The notes beneath the pieces are model-generated. The model did no database searches, was not told where the DNA came from, and worked only from the letters and a program-made list of their open reading frames with translations. A program made the position numbers and the translations under genes. DNA of 64,000 nucleotides, taken from contig OZ024741.1 of assembly GCA_964016885.1 (NCBI GenBank), positions 48,174,001-48,238,000 on the forward strand, in the 5' to 3' direction. Each line of letters begins with the position of its first letter. Position 1 is the first letter of the stretch. This DNA is from Eledone cirrhosa (lineage: Eukaryota). Shown one piece after another: positions 15,301 to 30,300 of this stretch.

Positions 15301-18300
15301 TTTAGTTTTATCTCTGTTCTCCACAGACTATATATATATTTAGTTGTATCTCTGGTCTCCACAGACTATATATATATTTAGTTGTGTCTCTGGTCTCCAC
15401 AGACAATATATATATTTAGTTGTATCTCTGGTCTACACAGACAATATATATATTTAGTTGTATCTCTGGTCTACACAGACTATATATATATTTAGTTGTA
15501 TCTGGTCTCCACAGACTATGTATATATTTAGTTGTATCTGGTCTCCACAGACTATATATATATTTAGTTGTATCTGGTCTCCACAGACTATATATATATT
15601 TAGTTGTATCTGGTCTCCACAGACTATATATCTATTTAGTTGTATCTCTGGTCTCCACAGACTATATATATATTTAGTTGTATCTCTGGTCTACACAGAC
15701 TATATATATATTTAGTTGTATCTGGACTCCACAGACTATATATATATATTTAGTTGTATCTCTGGTCTCCACAGACTATATATATATTTAGTTGTATCTG
15801 GTCTCCACAGACTATATATATATTTAGTTGTATCTGGTCTCCACAGACTATATATATATTTAGTTGTATCTCTGGTCTCCACAGACTATATATATATTTA
15901 GTTGTATCTGGTCTCCACAGACTATATATATATATTTAGTTGTATCTGGTCTACACAGACTATATATATATTTAGTTGTATCTCTGGTCTACACAGACTA
16001 TGTATATATTTAGTTGTATCTCTGGTCTACACAGACTATATATATATTTAGTTGTATCTCTGGTCTCCACAGACTATATATATATTTAGTTGTGTCTGGT
16101 CTCCTCAGACTATATATATATATTTAGTTGTATCTGGTCTACACAGACTATATATATATTTAGTTGTATCTCTGGTCTCCACAGACTATTTATATATTTA
16201 GTTGTGTCTCTGGTCTCCACAGACTATATATATATTTAGTTGTGTCTCTGCTCTACACAGACTATATATATATTTAGTTGTATCTCTGGTCTACACAGAC
16301 TATATATATATTTAGTTGTATCTCTGGTCTACACAGACTATATATATATTTAGTTGTATCTCTGGTCTCCACAGACTATATATATATTTAGTTGTATCTC
16401 TGGTCTCCACAGTCTATATATATATTTAGTTGTATCTCTGGTCTACACAGACTATATATATATTTAGTTGTATCTGGTCTACACAGACTATATATATATT
16501 TAGTTGTATCTCTGGTCTACACAGACTATATATATATTTAGTTGTATCTGGTCTCCACAGACTATATATATATATTTAGTTGTGTCTCTGGTCTACACAG
16601 ACTATATATATATATTTAGTTGTATCTCTGGTCTCCACAGACTATATATATATTCAGTTGTGTCTGGTCTACACAGACTATATATATATTTAGTTGTATC
16701 TGGACTACACAGACTATATATATATTTAGTTGTGTCTCTGGTCTACACAGACTATATATATATTTAGTTGTGTCTCTGGTCTACACAGACTATATATATA
16801 TTTAGTTGTATCTCTGGTCTACACAGACTATATATATATTTAATTGTGTCTCTGGTCTACACAGACTATATATATATTTAGTTGTATCTCTGGTCTACAC
16901 AGACTATATATATATTTAGTTGTATCTCTGGTCTACACAGACTATATATATATTTAGTCGTATCTGGTCTCCACAGACTATATATCTATTTAGTTTTATC
17001 TCTGGTCTACACAGACTATATATATATTTAGTTGTGTCTCTGGTCTACACAGACAATATATATATTTAGTTGTATCTCTGGTCTACACAGACTATATATA
17101 TATTTAGTTGTATCTCTGGTCTACACAGACAATATATATATTTAGTTGTATCTCTGGTCTACACAGACTATATATATATTTAGTTGTGTCTCTGGTCTAC
17201 ACAGACAATATATATATATTTAGTTGTATCTCTGGTCTACACAGACTATATATATATTTAGTTGTGTCTCTGGTCTACACAGACAATATATATATTTAGT
17301 TGTATCTCTGGTCTACACAGACTATATATATATTTAGTTGTGTCTCTGGTCTACACAGACAATATATATATATTTAGTTGTATCTCTGGTCTACACAGAC
17401 TATATATATATTTAGTTGTATCTGGTCTACACAGACTATATATATATTTAGTTGTATCTGGTCTCCACAGACTATATATATATTTAGTTGTATCTGGTCT
17501 CCACAGACTATATATATATTTAGTTGTATCTGGTCTCCACAGACTATATATCTATTTAGTTGTATCTCTGGTCTCCACAGACTATATATATATTTAGTTG
17601 TATCTCTGGTCTACACAGACTATATATCTATTTAGTTGTATCTCTGGTCTCCACAGACTATATATATATTTAGTTGTATCTCTGGTCTCCACAGACTATA
17701 TATATATTTAGTTGTATCTGGTCTCCACAGACTATATATATATTTAGTTGTATCTGGTCTCCACAGACTATATATATATTTAGTTGTATCTCTGGTCTCC
17801 ACAGACTATATATATATTTAGTTGTATCTGGTCTCCACAGACTATATATATATATTTAGTTGTATCTGGTCTACACAGACTATATATATATTTAGTTGTA
17901 TCTCTGGTCTACACAGACTATGTATATATTTAGTTGTATCTCTGGTCTACACAGACTATATATATATTTAGTTGTATCTCTGGTCTCCACAGACTTTATA
18001 TATATTTAGTTGTGTCTGGTCTCCTCAGACTATATATATATATTTAGTTGTATCTGGTCTACACAGACTATATATATATTTAGTTGTATCTCTGGTCTCC
18101 ACAGACTATTTATATATTTAGTTGTGTCTCTGGTCTCCACAGACTATATATATATTTAGTTGTGTCTCTGCTCTACACAGACTATATATATATTTAGTTG
18201 TATCTCTGGTCTACACAGACTATATATATATTTAGTTGTATCTCTGGTCTACACAGACTATATATATATTTAGTTGTATCTCTGGTCTCCACAGACTATA

Positions 18301-21300
18301 TATATATTTAGTTGTATCTCTGGTCTCCACAGACTATATATATATTTAGTTGTATCTGGTCTACACAGACTATATATATATTTAGTTGTATCTGGTCTAC
18401 ACAGACTATATATATATTTAGTTGTATCTGGACTACACAGCCTATATATATATTTAGTTGTGTCTCTGGTCTACACAGACTATATATATATTTAGTTGTA
18501 TCTCTGGTCTACACAGACTATATATATATTTAATTGTGTCTCTGGTCTACACAGACTATATATATATTTAGTTGTATCTCTGGTCTACACAGACTATATA
18601 TATATTTAGTTGTATCTGGACTACACAGACTATATATATATTTAGTTGTGTCTCTGGTCTACACAGACTATATATATATTTAGTTGTGTCTCTGGTCTAC
18701 ACAGACTATATATATATTTAGTTGTGTCTCTGGTCTACACAGACTATATATATATTTAGTTGTGTCTCTGGTCTCCACAGACTATATATATATTTAGTTG
18801 TATCTGGTCTACACAGACTATATATATATATTTAGTTGTATCTCTGGTCTACACAGACTATATATATATTCAGTTGTATCTCTGGTCTCCACAGACTATA
18901 TATATATTTAGTTGTATCTGGTCTACACAGACAATATATATATTTAGTTGTGTGTCTGGTCTACACAGACTATATATATATTTAGTTGTATCTGGTCTAC
19001 ACAAACTATATATATATTTAGTTGTATCTCTGGTCTCCACAGACTATATATATATTTAGTTGTATCTCTGGTCTACACAGACTATATATATATTTAGTTG
19101 TGTCTCTGGTCTACACAGACAATATATATATATTTAGTTGTATCTCTGGTCTACACAGACTATATATATATTTAGTTGTGTCTCTGGTCTACACAGACAA
19201 TATATATATTTAGTTGTATCTCTGGTCTACACAGACTATATATATATTTAGTTGTGTCTCTGGTCTACACAGACAATATATATATATTTAGTTGTATCTC
19301 TGGTCTACACAGACTATATATATATTTAGTTGTATCTGGTCTACACAGACTATATATATATTTAGTTGTATCTGGTCTCCACAGACTATATATATATTTA
19401 GTTGTATCTGGTCTCCACAGACTATATATATATTTAGTTGTATCTGGTCTCCACAGACTATATATCTATTTAGTTGTATCTCTGGTCTCCACAGACTATA
19501 TATATATTTAGTTGTATCTCTGGTCTACACAGACTATATATCTATTTAGTTGTATCTCTGGTCTCCACAGACTATATATATATTTAGTTGTATCTCTGGT
19601 CTCCACAGACTATATATATATTTAGTTGTATCTGGTCTCCACAGACTATATATATATTTAGTTGTATCTGGTCTCCACAGACTATATATATATTTAGTTG
19701 TATCTCTGGTCTCCACAGACTATATATATATTTAGTTGTATCTGGTCTCCACAGACTATATATATATATTTAGTTGTATCTGGTCTACACAGACTATATA
19801 TATATTTAGTTGTATCTCTGGTCTACACAGACTATGTATATATTTAGTTGTATCTCTGGTCTACACAGACTATATATATATTTAGTTGTATCTCTGGTCT
19901 CCACAGACTTTATATATATTTAGTTGTGTCTGGTCTCCTCAGACTATATATATATATTTAGTTGTATCTGGTCTACACAGACTATATATATATTTAGTTG
20001 TATCTCTGGTCTCCACAGACTATTTATATATTTAGTTGTGTCTCTGGTCTCCACAGACTATATATATATTTAGTTGTGTCTCTGCTCTACACAGACTATA
20101 TATATATTTAGTTGTATCTCTGGTCTACACAGACTATATATATATTTAGTTGTATCTCTGGTCTACACAGACTATATATATATTTAGTTGTATCTCTGGT
20201 CTCCACAGACTATATATATATTTAGTTGTATCTCTGGTCTCCACAGACTATATATATATTTAGTTGTATCTGGTCTACACAGACTATATATATATTTAGT
20301 TGTATCTGGTCTACACAGACTATATATATATTTAGTTGTATCTGGACTACACAGCCTATATATATATTTAGTTGTGTCTCTGGTCTACACAGACTATATA
20401 TATATTTAGTTGTATCTCTGGTCTACACAGACTATATATATATTTAATTGTGTCTCTGGTCTACACAGACTATATATATATTTAGTTGTATCTCTGGTCT
20501 ACACAGACTATGTATATATTTAGTTGTATCTGGACTACACAGACTATATATATATTTAGTTGTGTCTCTGGTCTACACAGACTATATATATATTTAGTTG
20601 TGTCTCTGGTCTACACAGACTATATATATATTTAGTTGTGTCTCTGGTCTACACAGACTATATATATATTTAGTTGTGTCTCTGGTCTCCACAGACTATA
20701 TATATATTTAGTTGTATCTGGTCTACACAGACTATATATATATATTTAGTTGTATCTCTGGTCTACACAGACTATATATATATTCAGTTGTATCTCTGGT
20801 CTCCACAGACTATATATATATTTAGTTGTATCTGGTCTACACAGACAATATATATATTTAGTTGTGTCTGGTCTACACAGACTATATATATATTTAGTTG
20901 TATCTGGTCTACACAAACTATATATATATTTAGTTGTATCTCTGGTCTCCACAGACTATATATATATTTAGTTGTATCTCTGGTCTCCTCAGACTATATA
21001 TATATATTTAGTTGTATCTGGTCTCCTCAGACTATATATATATGTATATATATATATTTAGTTGTATCTCTGGTCTACACAGACTATATATATATTTAGT
21101 TGTATCTGGTCTCCACAGACTAAATATATATTTAGTTGTGTATCTGGTCTCCACAGACAATATATATATTTAGTTGTGTCTCTGGTCTACACAGACTATT
21201 TATATATTTAGTTGTATCTCTGGTCTCCACAGACTATATATATATTTAGTTGTGTCTGGTCTCCTCAGACTATATATATATATTTAGTTGTATCTGGTCT

Positions 21301-24300
21301 ACACAGACTATATATATATTTAGTTGTATCTCTGGTCTCCACAGACTATATATATATTTAGTTGTGTCTGGTCTCCTCAGACTATATATATATATTTAGT
21401 TGTATCTGGTCTACACAGACTATATATATATTTAGTTGTATCTCTGGTCTCCACAGACTATTTATATATTTAGTTGTGTCTCTGGTCTCCACAGACTATA
21501 TATATATTTAGTTGTGTCTCTGCTCTACACAGACTATATATATATTTAGTTGTATCTCTGGTCTACACAGACTATATATATATTTAGTTGTATCTCTGGT
21601 CTACACAGACTATATATATATTTAGTTGTATCTCTGGTCTCCACAGACTATATATATATTTAGTTGTATCTCTGGTCTCCACAGACTATATATATATTTA
21701 GTTGTATCTGGTCTACACAGACTATATATATATTTAGTTGTATCTGGTCTACACAGACTATATATATATTTAGTTGTATCTGGACTACACAGCCTATATA
21801 TATATTTAGTTGTGTCTCTGGTCTACACAGACTATATATATATTTAGTTGTATCTCTGGTCTACACAGACTATATATATATTTAATTGTGTCTCTGGTCT
21901 ACACAGACTATATATATATTTAGTTGTATCTCTGGTCTACACAGACTATATATATATTTAGTTGTATCTGGACTACACAGACTATATATATATTTAGTTG
22001 TGTCTCTGGTCTACACAGACTATATATATATTTAGTTGTGTCTCTGGTCTACACAGACTATATATATATTTAGTTGTATCTCTGGTCTACACAGACTATA
22101 TATATATTTAATTGTGTCTCTGGTCTACACAGACTATATATATATTTAGTTGTATCTCTGGTCTACACAGACTATATATATATTTAGTTGTATCTCTGGT
22201 CTACACAGACTATATATATATTTAGTCGTATCTGGTCTCCACAGACTATATATCTATTTAGTTTTATCTCTGGTCTACACAGACTATATATATATTTAGT
22301 TGTGTCTCTGGTCTACACAGACAATATATATATTTAGTTGTATCTCTGGTCTACACAGACTATATATATATTTAGTTGTATCTCTGGTCTACACAGACAA
22401 TATATATATTTAGTTGTATCTCTGGTCTACACAGACTATATATATATTTAGTTGTGTCTCTGGTCTACACAGACAATATATATATATTTAGTTGTATCTC
22501 TGGTCTACACAGACTATATATATATTTAGTTGTGTCTCTGGTCTACACAGACAATATATATATTTAGTTGTATCTCTGGTCTACACAGACTATATATATA
22601 TTTAGTTGTGTCTCTGGTCTACACAGACAATATATATATATTTAGTTGTATCTCTGGTCTACACAGACTATATATATATTTAGTTGTATCTGGTCTACAC
22701 AGACTATATATATATTTAGTTGTATCTGGTCTCCACAGACTATATATATATTTAGTTGTATCTGGTCTCCACAGACTATATATATATTTAGTTGTATCTG
22801 GTCTCCACAGACTATATATCTATTTAGTTGTATCTCTGGTCTCCACAGACTATATATATATTTAGTTGTATCTCTGGTCTACACAGACTATATATCTATT
22901 TAGTTGTATCTCTGGTCTCCACAGACTATATATATATTTAGTTGTATCTCTGGTCTCCACAGACTATATATATATTTAGTTGTATCTGGTCTCCACAGAC
23001 TATATATATATTTAGTTGTATCTGGTCTCCACAGACTATATATATATTTAGTTGTATCTCTGGTCTCCACAGACTATATATATATTTAGTTGTATCTGGT
23101 CTCCACAGACTATATATATATATTTAGTTGTATCTGGTCTACACAGACTATATATATATTTAGTTGTATCTCTGGTCTACACAGACTATGTATATATTTA
23201 GTTGTATCTCTGGTCTACACAGACTATATATATATTTAGTTGTATCTCTGGTCTCCACAGACTTTATATATATTTAGTTGTGTCTGGTCTCCTCAGACTA
23301 TATATATATATTTAGTTGTATCTGGTCTACACAGACTATATATATATTTAGTTGTATCTCTGGTCTCCACAGACTATTTATATATTTAGTTGTGTCTCTG
23401 GTCTCCACAGACTATATATATATTTAGTTGTGTCTCTGCTCTACACAGACTATATATATATTTAGTTGTATCTCTGGTCTACACAGACTATATATATATT
23501 TAGTTGTATCTCTGGTCTACACAGACTATATATATATTTAGTTGTATCTCTGGTCTCCACAGACTATATATATATTTAGTTGTATCTCTGGTCTCCACAG
23601 ACTATATATATATTTAGTTGTATCTGGTCTACACAGACTATATATATATTTAGTTGTATCTGGTCTACACAGACTATATATATATTTAGTTGTATCTGGA
23701 CTACACAGCCTATATATATATTTAGTTGTGTCTCTGGTCTACACAGACTATATATATATTTAGTTGTATCTCTGGTCTACACAGACTATATATATATTTA
23801 ATTGTGTCTCTGGTCTACACAGACTATATATATATTTAGTTGTATCTCTGGTCTACACAGACTATATATATATTTAGTTGTATCTGGACTACACAGACTA
23901 TATATATATTTAGTTGTGTCTCTGGTCTACACAGACTATATATATATTTAGTTGTGTCTCTGGTCTACACAGACTATATATATATTTAGTTGTGTCTCTG
24001 GTCTACACAGACTATATATATATTTAGTTGTGTCTCTGGTCTCCACAGACTATATATATATTTAGTTGTATCTGGTCTACACAGACTATATATATATATT
24101 TAGTTGTATCTCTGGTCTACACAGACTATATATATATTCAGTTGTATCTCTGGTCTCCACAGACTATATATATATTTAGTTGTATCTGGTCTACACAGAC
24201 TATATATATATTTAGTTGTGTCTCTGGTCTACACAGACAATATATATATTTAGTTGTGTCTGGTCTACACAGACTATATATATATTTAGTTGTATCTGGT

Positions 24301-27300
24301 CTACACAAACTATATATATATTTAGTTGTATCTCTGGTCTCCACAGACTATATATATATTTAGTTGTATCTCTGGTCTCCTCAGACTATATATATATATT
24401 TAGTTGTATCTGGTCTCCTCAGACTATATATATATGTATATATATATATTTAGTTGTATCTCTGGTCTACACAGACTATATATATATTTAGTTGTATCTG
24501 GTCTCCACAGACTAAATATATATTTAGTTGTGTATCTGGTCTCCACAGACAATATATATATTTAGTTGTGTCTCTGGTCTACACAGACTATTTATATATT
24601 TAGTTGTATCTCTGGTCTCCACAGACTATATATATATTTAGTTGTGTCTGGTCTCCTCAGACTATATATATATATTTAGTTGTATCTGGTCTACACAGAC
24701 TATATATATATTTAGTTGTATCTCTGGTCTCCACAGACTATATATATATTTAGTTGTGTCTGGTCTCCTCAGACTATATATATATATTTAGTTGTATCTG
24801 GTCTACACAGACTATATATATATTTAGTTGTATCTCTGGTCTCCACAGACTATTTATATATTTAGTTGTGTCTCTGGTCTCCACAGACTATATATATATT
24901 TAGTTGTGTCTCTGCTCTACACAGACTATATATATATTTAGTTGTATCTCTGGTCTACACAGACTATATATATATTTAGTTGTATCTCTGGTCTACACAG
25001 ACTATATATATATTTAGTTGTATCTCTGGTCTCCACAGACTATATATATATTTAGTTGTATCTCTGGTCTCCACAGACTATATATATATTTAGTTGTATC
25101 TGGTCTACACAGACTATATATATATTTAGTTGTATCTGGTCTACACAGACTATATATATATTTAGTTGTATCTGGACTACACAGCCTATATATATATTTA
25201 GTTGTGTCTCTGGTCTACACAGACTATATATATATTTAGTTGTATCTCTGGTCTACACAGACTATATATATATTTAATTGTGTCTCTGGTCTACACAGAC
25301 TATATATATATTTAGTTGTATCTCTGGTCTACACAGACTATATATATATTTAGTTGTATCTGGACTACACAGACTATATATATATTTAGTTGTGTCTCTG
25401 GTCTACACAGACTATATATATATTTAGTTGTGTCTCTGGTCTACACAGACTATATATATATTTAGTTGTATCTCTGGTCTACACAGACTATATATATATT
25501 TAATTGTGTCTCTGGTCTACACAGACTATATATATATTTAGTTGTATCTCTGGTCTACACAGACTATATATATATTTAGTTGTATCTCTGGTCTACACAG
25601 ACTATATATATATTTAGTCGTATCTGGTCTCCACAGACTATATATCTATTTAGTTTTATCTCTGGTCTACACAGACTATATATATATTTAGTTGTGTCTC
25701 TGGTCTACACAGACAATATATATATTTAGTTGTATCTCTGGTCTACACAGACTATATATATATTTAGTTGTATCTCTGGTCTACACAGACAATATATATA
25801 TTTAGTTGTATCTCTGGTCTACACAGACTATATATATATTTAGTTGTGTCTCTGGTCTACACAGACAATATATATATATTTAGTTGTATCTCTGGTCTAC
25901 ACAGACTATATATATATTTAGTTGTGTCTCTGGTCTACACAGACAATATATATATTTAGTTGTATCTCTGGTCTACACAGACTATATATATATTTAGTTG
26001 TGTCTCTGGTCTACACAGACAATATATATATATTTAGTTGTATCTCTGGTCTACACAGACTATATATATATTTAGTTGTATCTGGTCTACACAGACTATA
26101 TATATATTTAGTTGTATCTGGTCTCCACAGACTATATATATATTTAGTTGTATCTGGTCTCCACAGACTATATATATATTTAGTTGTATCTGGTCTCCAC
26201 AGACTATATATCTATTTAGTTGTATCTCTGGTCTCCACAGACTATATATATATTTAGTTGTATCTCTGGTCTACACAGACTATATATATATTTAGTTGTA
26301 TCTGGACTCCACAGACTATATATATATATTTAGTTGTATCTCTGGTCTCCACAGACTATATATATATTTAGTTGTATCTGGTCTCCACAGACTATATATA
26401 TATTTAGTTGTATCTGGTCTCCACAGACTATATATATATTTAGTTGTATCTCTGGTCTCCACAGACTATATATATATTTAGTTGTATCTGGTCTCCACAG
26501 ACTATATATATATATTTAGTTGTATCTGGTCTACACAGACTATATATATATTTAGTTGTATCTCTGGTCTACACAGACTATGTATATATTTAGTTGTATC
26601 TCTGGTCTACACAGACTATATATATATTTAGTTGTATCTCTGGTCTCCACAGACTATATATATATTTAGTTGTGTCTGGTCTCCTCAGACTATATATATA
26701 TATTTAGTTGTATCTGGTCTACACAGACTATATATATATTTAGTTGTATCTCTGGTCTCCACAGACTATTTATATATTTAGTTGTGTCTCTGGTCTACAC
26801 AGACTATATATATATTTAGTTGTGTCTCTGCTCTACACAGACTATATATATATTTAGTTGTATCTCTGGTCTACACAGACTATATATATATTTAGTTGTA
26901 TCTCTGGTCTACACAGACTATATATATATTTAGTTGTATCTCTGGTCTCCACAGACTATATATATATTTAGTTGTATCTCTGGTCTCCACAGACTATATA
27001 TATATTTAGTTGTATCTGGTCTACACAGACTATATATATATTTAGTTGTATCTGGTCTACACAGACTATATATATATTTAGTTGTATCTGGACTACACAG
27101 CCTATATATATATTTAGTTGTGTCTCTGGTCTACACAGACTATATATATATTTAGTTGTATCTCTGGTCTACACAGACTATATATATATTTAATTGTGTC
27201 TCTGGTCTACACAGACTATATATATATTTAGTTGTATCTCTGGTCTACACAGACTATATATATATTTAGTTGTATCTGGACTACACAGACTATATATATA

Positions 27301-30300
27301 TTTAGTTGTGTCTCTGGTCTACACAGACTATATATATATTTAGTTGTGTCTCTGGTCTACACAGACTATATATATATTTAGTTGTGTCTCTGGTCTACAC
27401 AGACTATATATATATTTAGTTGTGTCTCTGGTCTCCACAGACTATATATATATTTAGTTGTATCTGGTCTACACAGACTATATATATATATTTAGTTGTA
27501 TCTCTGGTCTACACAGACTATATATATATTCAGTTGTATCTCTGGTCTCCACAGACTATATATATATTTAGTTGTATCTGGTCTACACAGACTATATATA
27601 TATTTAGTTGTGTCTCTGGTCTACACAGACAATATATATATTTAGTTGTGTCTGGTCTACACAGACTATATATATATTTAGTTGTATCTGGTCTACACAA
27701 ACTATATATATATTTAGTTGTATCTCTGGTCTCCACAGACTATATATATATTTAGTTGTATCTCTGGTCTCCTCAGACTATATATATATATTTAGTTGTA
27801 TCTGGTCTCCTCAGACTATATATATATGTATATATATATATTTAGTTGTATCTCTGGTCTACACAGACTATATATATATTTAGTTGTATCTGGTCTCCAC
27901 AGACTAAATATATATTTAGTTGTGTATCTGGTCTCCACAGACAATATATATATTTAGTTGTGTCTCTGGTCTACACAGACTATTTATATATTTAGTTGTG
28001 TCTCTGGTCTCCACAGACTATATATATATTTAGTTGTATCTGGTCTACACAGACAATATATATATTTAGTTGTGTCTCTGGTCTACACAGACTATTTATA
28101 TATTTAGTTGTGTCTCTGGTCTCCACAGACTATATATATATTTAGTTGTATCTGGTCTACACAGACTATATATATATTTAGTTGTCTCTGGTCTCCACAG
28201 ACTATATATATATTTAGTTGTATCTCTGGTCTACACAGACTATATATATATTTAGTTGTGTCTCTGGTCTACACAGACAATATATATATTTAGTTGTATC
28301 TCTGGTCTACACAGACTATATATATATTTAGTTGTGTCTCTGGTCTACACAGACAATATATATATTTAGTTGTATCTCTGGTCTACACAGACTATATATA
28401 TATTTAGTTGTGTCTCTGGTCTACACAGACTATATATATATTTAGTTGTATCTGGTCTCCACAGACTATATATATATTTAGTTGTATCTCTGGTCTACAC
28501 AGACTATATATATATCTAGTTGTGTCTGGTCTACACAGACTATATATATATTTAGTTGTGTCTGGTCTACACAGACTATATATATATTTAGTTGTGTCTG
28601 GTCTACACAGACTATATATATATTTAGTTGTGTCTGGTCTACACAGACTATATATATATTTAGTTGTATCTGGTCTACACAGACTATATATATATTTAGT
28701 TGTGTCTGGTCTACACAGACTATATATATATTTAGTTGTATCTCTGCTCTACACAGACTATATATATATTTAGTTGTATCTCTGGTCTCCACAGACTATA
28801 TATATATTTAGTTGTATCTGGTCTCCACAGACTATATATATATTCAGTTGTATCTGGTCTACACAGACTATATATATATTTAGTTGTATCTCTGGTCTAC
28901 ACAGACTATATATATATTTAGTTGTATCTCTGGTCTCCACAGACTATATATATATTTAGTTGTATCTGGTCTACACAGACTATATATATATTTAGTTGTA
29001 TCTCTGGTCTCCACAGACTATATATATATTTAGTTGTGTATCTGGTCTACACAGACTATATATATATTTAGTTGTATCTCTGGTCTCCACAGTCTATATA
29101 TATATTTAGTTGTATCTCTGGTCTACACAGACTATATATATATTTAGTTGTATCTGGTCTACACAGACTATATATATATTTAGTTGTATCTCTGGTCTAC
29201 ACAGACTATATATATATTTAGTTGTATCTGGTCTCCACAGACTATATATATATTTAGTTGTGTCTCTGGTCTACACAGACTATATATATATATTTAGTTG
29301 TATCTCTGGTCTCCACAGACTATATATATATTTAGTTGTGTCTGGTCTACACAGACTATATATATATTTAGTTGTATCTGGTCTACACAGACTATATATA
29401 TATTTAGTTGTATCTCTGGTCTCCACAGACTATATATATATTTAGTTGTATCTGGTCTCCACAGACTATATATATATTTAGTTGTATCTCTGGTCTCCAC
29501 AGACTATATATATATTTAGTTGTATCTCTGATCTCCACAGACTATATATCTATTTAGTTTTATCTCTGGTCTCCACAGACTATATATATATTTAGTTGTA
29601 TCTCTGGTCTCCACAGACTATATATATATTTAGTTGTGTCTCTGGTCTCCACAGACAATATATATATTTAGTTGTATCTCTGGTCTACACAGACTATATA
29701 TATATTTAGTTGTATCTGGACTCCACAGACTATATATATATATTTAGTTGTATCTCTGGTCTCCACAGACTATATATATATTTAGTTGTATCTGGTCTCC
29801 ACAGACTATATATATATTTAGTTGTATCTGGTCTCCACAGACTATATATATATTTAGTTGTATCTCTGGTCTCCACAGACTATATATATATTTAGTTGTA
29901 TCTGGTCTCCACAGACTATATATATATATTTAGTTGTATCTGGTCTACACAGACTATATATATATTTAGTTGTATCTCTGGTCTACACAGACTATGTATA
30001 TATTTAGTTGTATCTCTGGTCTACACAGACTATATATATATTTAGTTGTATCTCTGGTCTCCACAGACTATATATATATTTAGTTGTGTCTGGTCTCCTC
30101 AGACTATATATATATATTTAGTTGTATCTGGTCTACACAGACTATATATATATTTAGTTGTATCTCTGGTCTACACAGACTATATATATATTTAGTTGTA
30201 TCTCTGGTCTACACAGACTATATATATATTTAGTTGTATCTCTGGTCTCCACAGACTATATATATATTTAGTTGTATCTCTGGTCTCCACAGACTATATA